DNA of 64,000 nucleotides from a virus (lineage: Duplodnaviria > Caudoviricetes). The notes under the pieces are model-generated. The model did no database searches. It had not been told where the DNA came from and saw only the letters and a list, made by a program, of their open reading frames with translations. Every line of letters begins with the position of its first letter. The stretch's first letter is position 1. This document shows, in pieces, positions 62,801-64,000 of this stretch. Both the position numbers and the translations under genes were made by a program. The DNA lies in IMG/VR virus record IMGVR_UViG_3300011723_000019, positions 2,000 through 65,999 of that record. The stretch is one strand, 5' to 3'.

Positions 62801-64000
62801 TTATTTTACGAGGTCGTCGAAGAACTGCATTGTTTTACTTTTTGAGTCGCTGGCCATCTTAACATAAATCATGGTTGTTTTTAGATCGGAGTGTCCTAAA
62901 ATTTCCATGAGATCGACAGGATTACCACCTAATAAAATGAACGTGGTCGCAAATGTATCCCTGCTGGAGTGAAATTTCATGTATTTGTCTATACCAGCTT
63001 TAGTCAGTGCTCTACGTAATGCTTTACCCAGCGAATAGGATTCAATCGTTGGAAATATAATTCCTCTCTTTTTACCGATCAGTTCCACAGCAATTTTTGG
63101 CAGGGTGAATTCAATGACTTTACCGTATTTACGAGTTTTGAACATACTTAACCGAAGAATATTGTTGTTTCGGATATGGAGCCGTGGATCAAGCTGCTCG
63201 ATATCTGATTTTCTAAGTCCGGTAAAGCAGGCCACAAGATATCGACGAAGTGCGGTATGCTCCAATTCAGTTAGAAGTTCGGTGCCATCTTCGATATAAA
63301 AATTATACAATTTGTTGATTTCATCTTTTGTCAGAACTTCCCGGATCCCATCCTGATATTTTAAAGTTTTCAATTTATCTGCAGGACTTTCCGGGATAAG
63401 TCCTTTTGATACGGCCATAGTCAGAAACTTCTTGATCACGCGCATATGGCCGGCTGTTGTATTGTGTGTGAAATTGTCCAGAAGCCAGCGCTGGTGAATC
63501 CGGAGTTCGTGATCATCGATCGTATTAAATTTCCAGTAAGATCCGGTGTCTTTAAAGTATTTTTCTATCCGGGCGATCACAGTCACGTAATGTTTATAGG
63601 TTCCGTGCTCGATCAGATGCTCGCGGAGCAATTGCCTGCCTTCGCCTTTTATAAATGCGACGATATCATCTTTTGATATTTTAAGCGATACCTCGCGCCT
63701 GATCAGCTCATGTGTAATGGCTCGATCAAGGGCATAATATCTAAAGACAAGTGCATCGACGCGCGATCGCTCATTTTGTATCCGGAAATTATTTTGGGTG
63801 CAAAGGGTGTCATCATCAAATCCGTCACGTGGGAGGAGTACTCCATTGTCGAACTTGTCAACTGGCCATGAAATCTTGAGTGGGATCATGTCGGCAACGC
63901 CGTCGATAGATACGTGTATGTGGACAGAACCTCTTGCAGGATTTTTTCCTTGTGTCCGCTGTCTTATTGAAACTTTTACTTTTTGGTTGGTGGTTCTCAT
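62801..64000 (-). CDS. int: Tyrosine recombinase (phage integrase)
   Basis: FTGLRKSD (R), MFKT (K), FHSSRDTF (H-x-x-R), ILGH, TMIY (Y). Confidence 0.95.
   Translation of the reverse strand: MRTTNQKVKVSIRQRTQGKNPARGSVHIHVSIDGVADMIPLKISWPVDKFDNGVLLPRDGFDDDTLCTQNNFRIQNERSRVDALVFRYYALDRAITHELIRREVSLKISKDDIVAFIKGEGRQLLREHLIEHGTYKHYVTVIARIEKYFKDTGSYWKFNTIDDHELRIHQRWLLDNFTHNTTAGHMRVIKKFLTMAVSKGLIPESPADKLKTLKYQDGIREVLTKDEINKLYNFYIEDGTELLTELEHTALRRYLVACFTGLRKSDIEQLDPRLHIRNNNILRLSMFKTRKYGKVIEFTLPKIAVELIGKKRGIIFPTIESYSLGKALRRALTKAGIDKYMKFHSSRDTFATTFILLGGNPVDLMEILGHSDLKTTMIYVKMASDSKSKTMQFFDDLVK

Larger units (their letters stand above)
21633..64000. mobile_element. Temperate siphovirus-like prophage C (continues past the window end)
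   Basis: Immunity switch, primase, protease, capsid, TerS/TerL, portal, lysis, tail and TMP genes, and a tyrosine integrase. Confidence 0.92.

Noticed and set aside
4939-63676. Many 60-212 aa antisense or out-of-frame ORFs nested in long genes (for example 14347..14853, 37160..37618, 42395..43033)
   Set aside because: Shadow ORFs of well-supported genes, with no recognisable motifs
1-64000. Element-wide TAG reassignment (crAss-like recoding)
   Set aside because: TAG ends many otherwise complete genes, and only one long gene is interrupted
1-64000. IS elements, rRNA or complete tRNA genes
   Set aside because: No transposase motifs, terminal inverted repeat pairs or cloverleaf structures seen

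Overview
AT-rich Bacteroidota DNA (probably Sphingobacteriaceae; inferred from TAnnTTTG-type promoter elements and the gene families present). The window is almost entirely mobile DNA, in three blocks. (A) 1-3.45 kb, accessory cluster: the C-terminus of a RelA/SpoT-like gene, an SRAP gene, a CTAA-N5-TTAG box, small hypothetical genes, an array of five minus-strand hairpin+U-tract units and an excisionase-like gene. (B) About 3.9-21.6 kb, phage-like element: excisionase-like HTH genes, a Prim-Pol/primase-helicase, an iteron cluster, a TerS-like gene, tail chaperone-like genes, a c4/CI-like antisense switch, a stand-alone S24 domain, a 1596-aa tape measure protein and tail-tip genes (one interrupted by an in-frame TAG). 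No capsid, portal, TerL, tail tube, lysis or integrase gene is recognisable, so it is a candidate tail-module satellite or a decayed prophage. (C) About 21.6 kb to beyond 64 kb, an apparently complete siphovirus-like prophage: immunity region, DnaG-helicase fusion, sigma-like factor, S49 protease, capsid, terminase, Dam-like methylase, portal, lysis genes, SGNH tail spike, tape measure protein and a tyrosine integrase. B and C share TTGGAAC repeats around a 24/26-identical AT-rich core. All product calls come from motifs read by eye; no database search was run.
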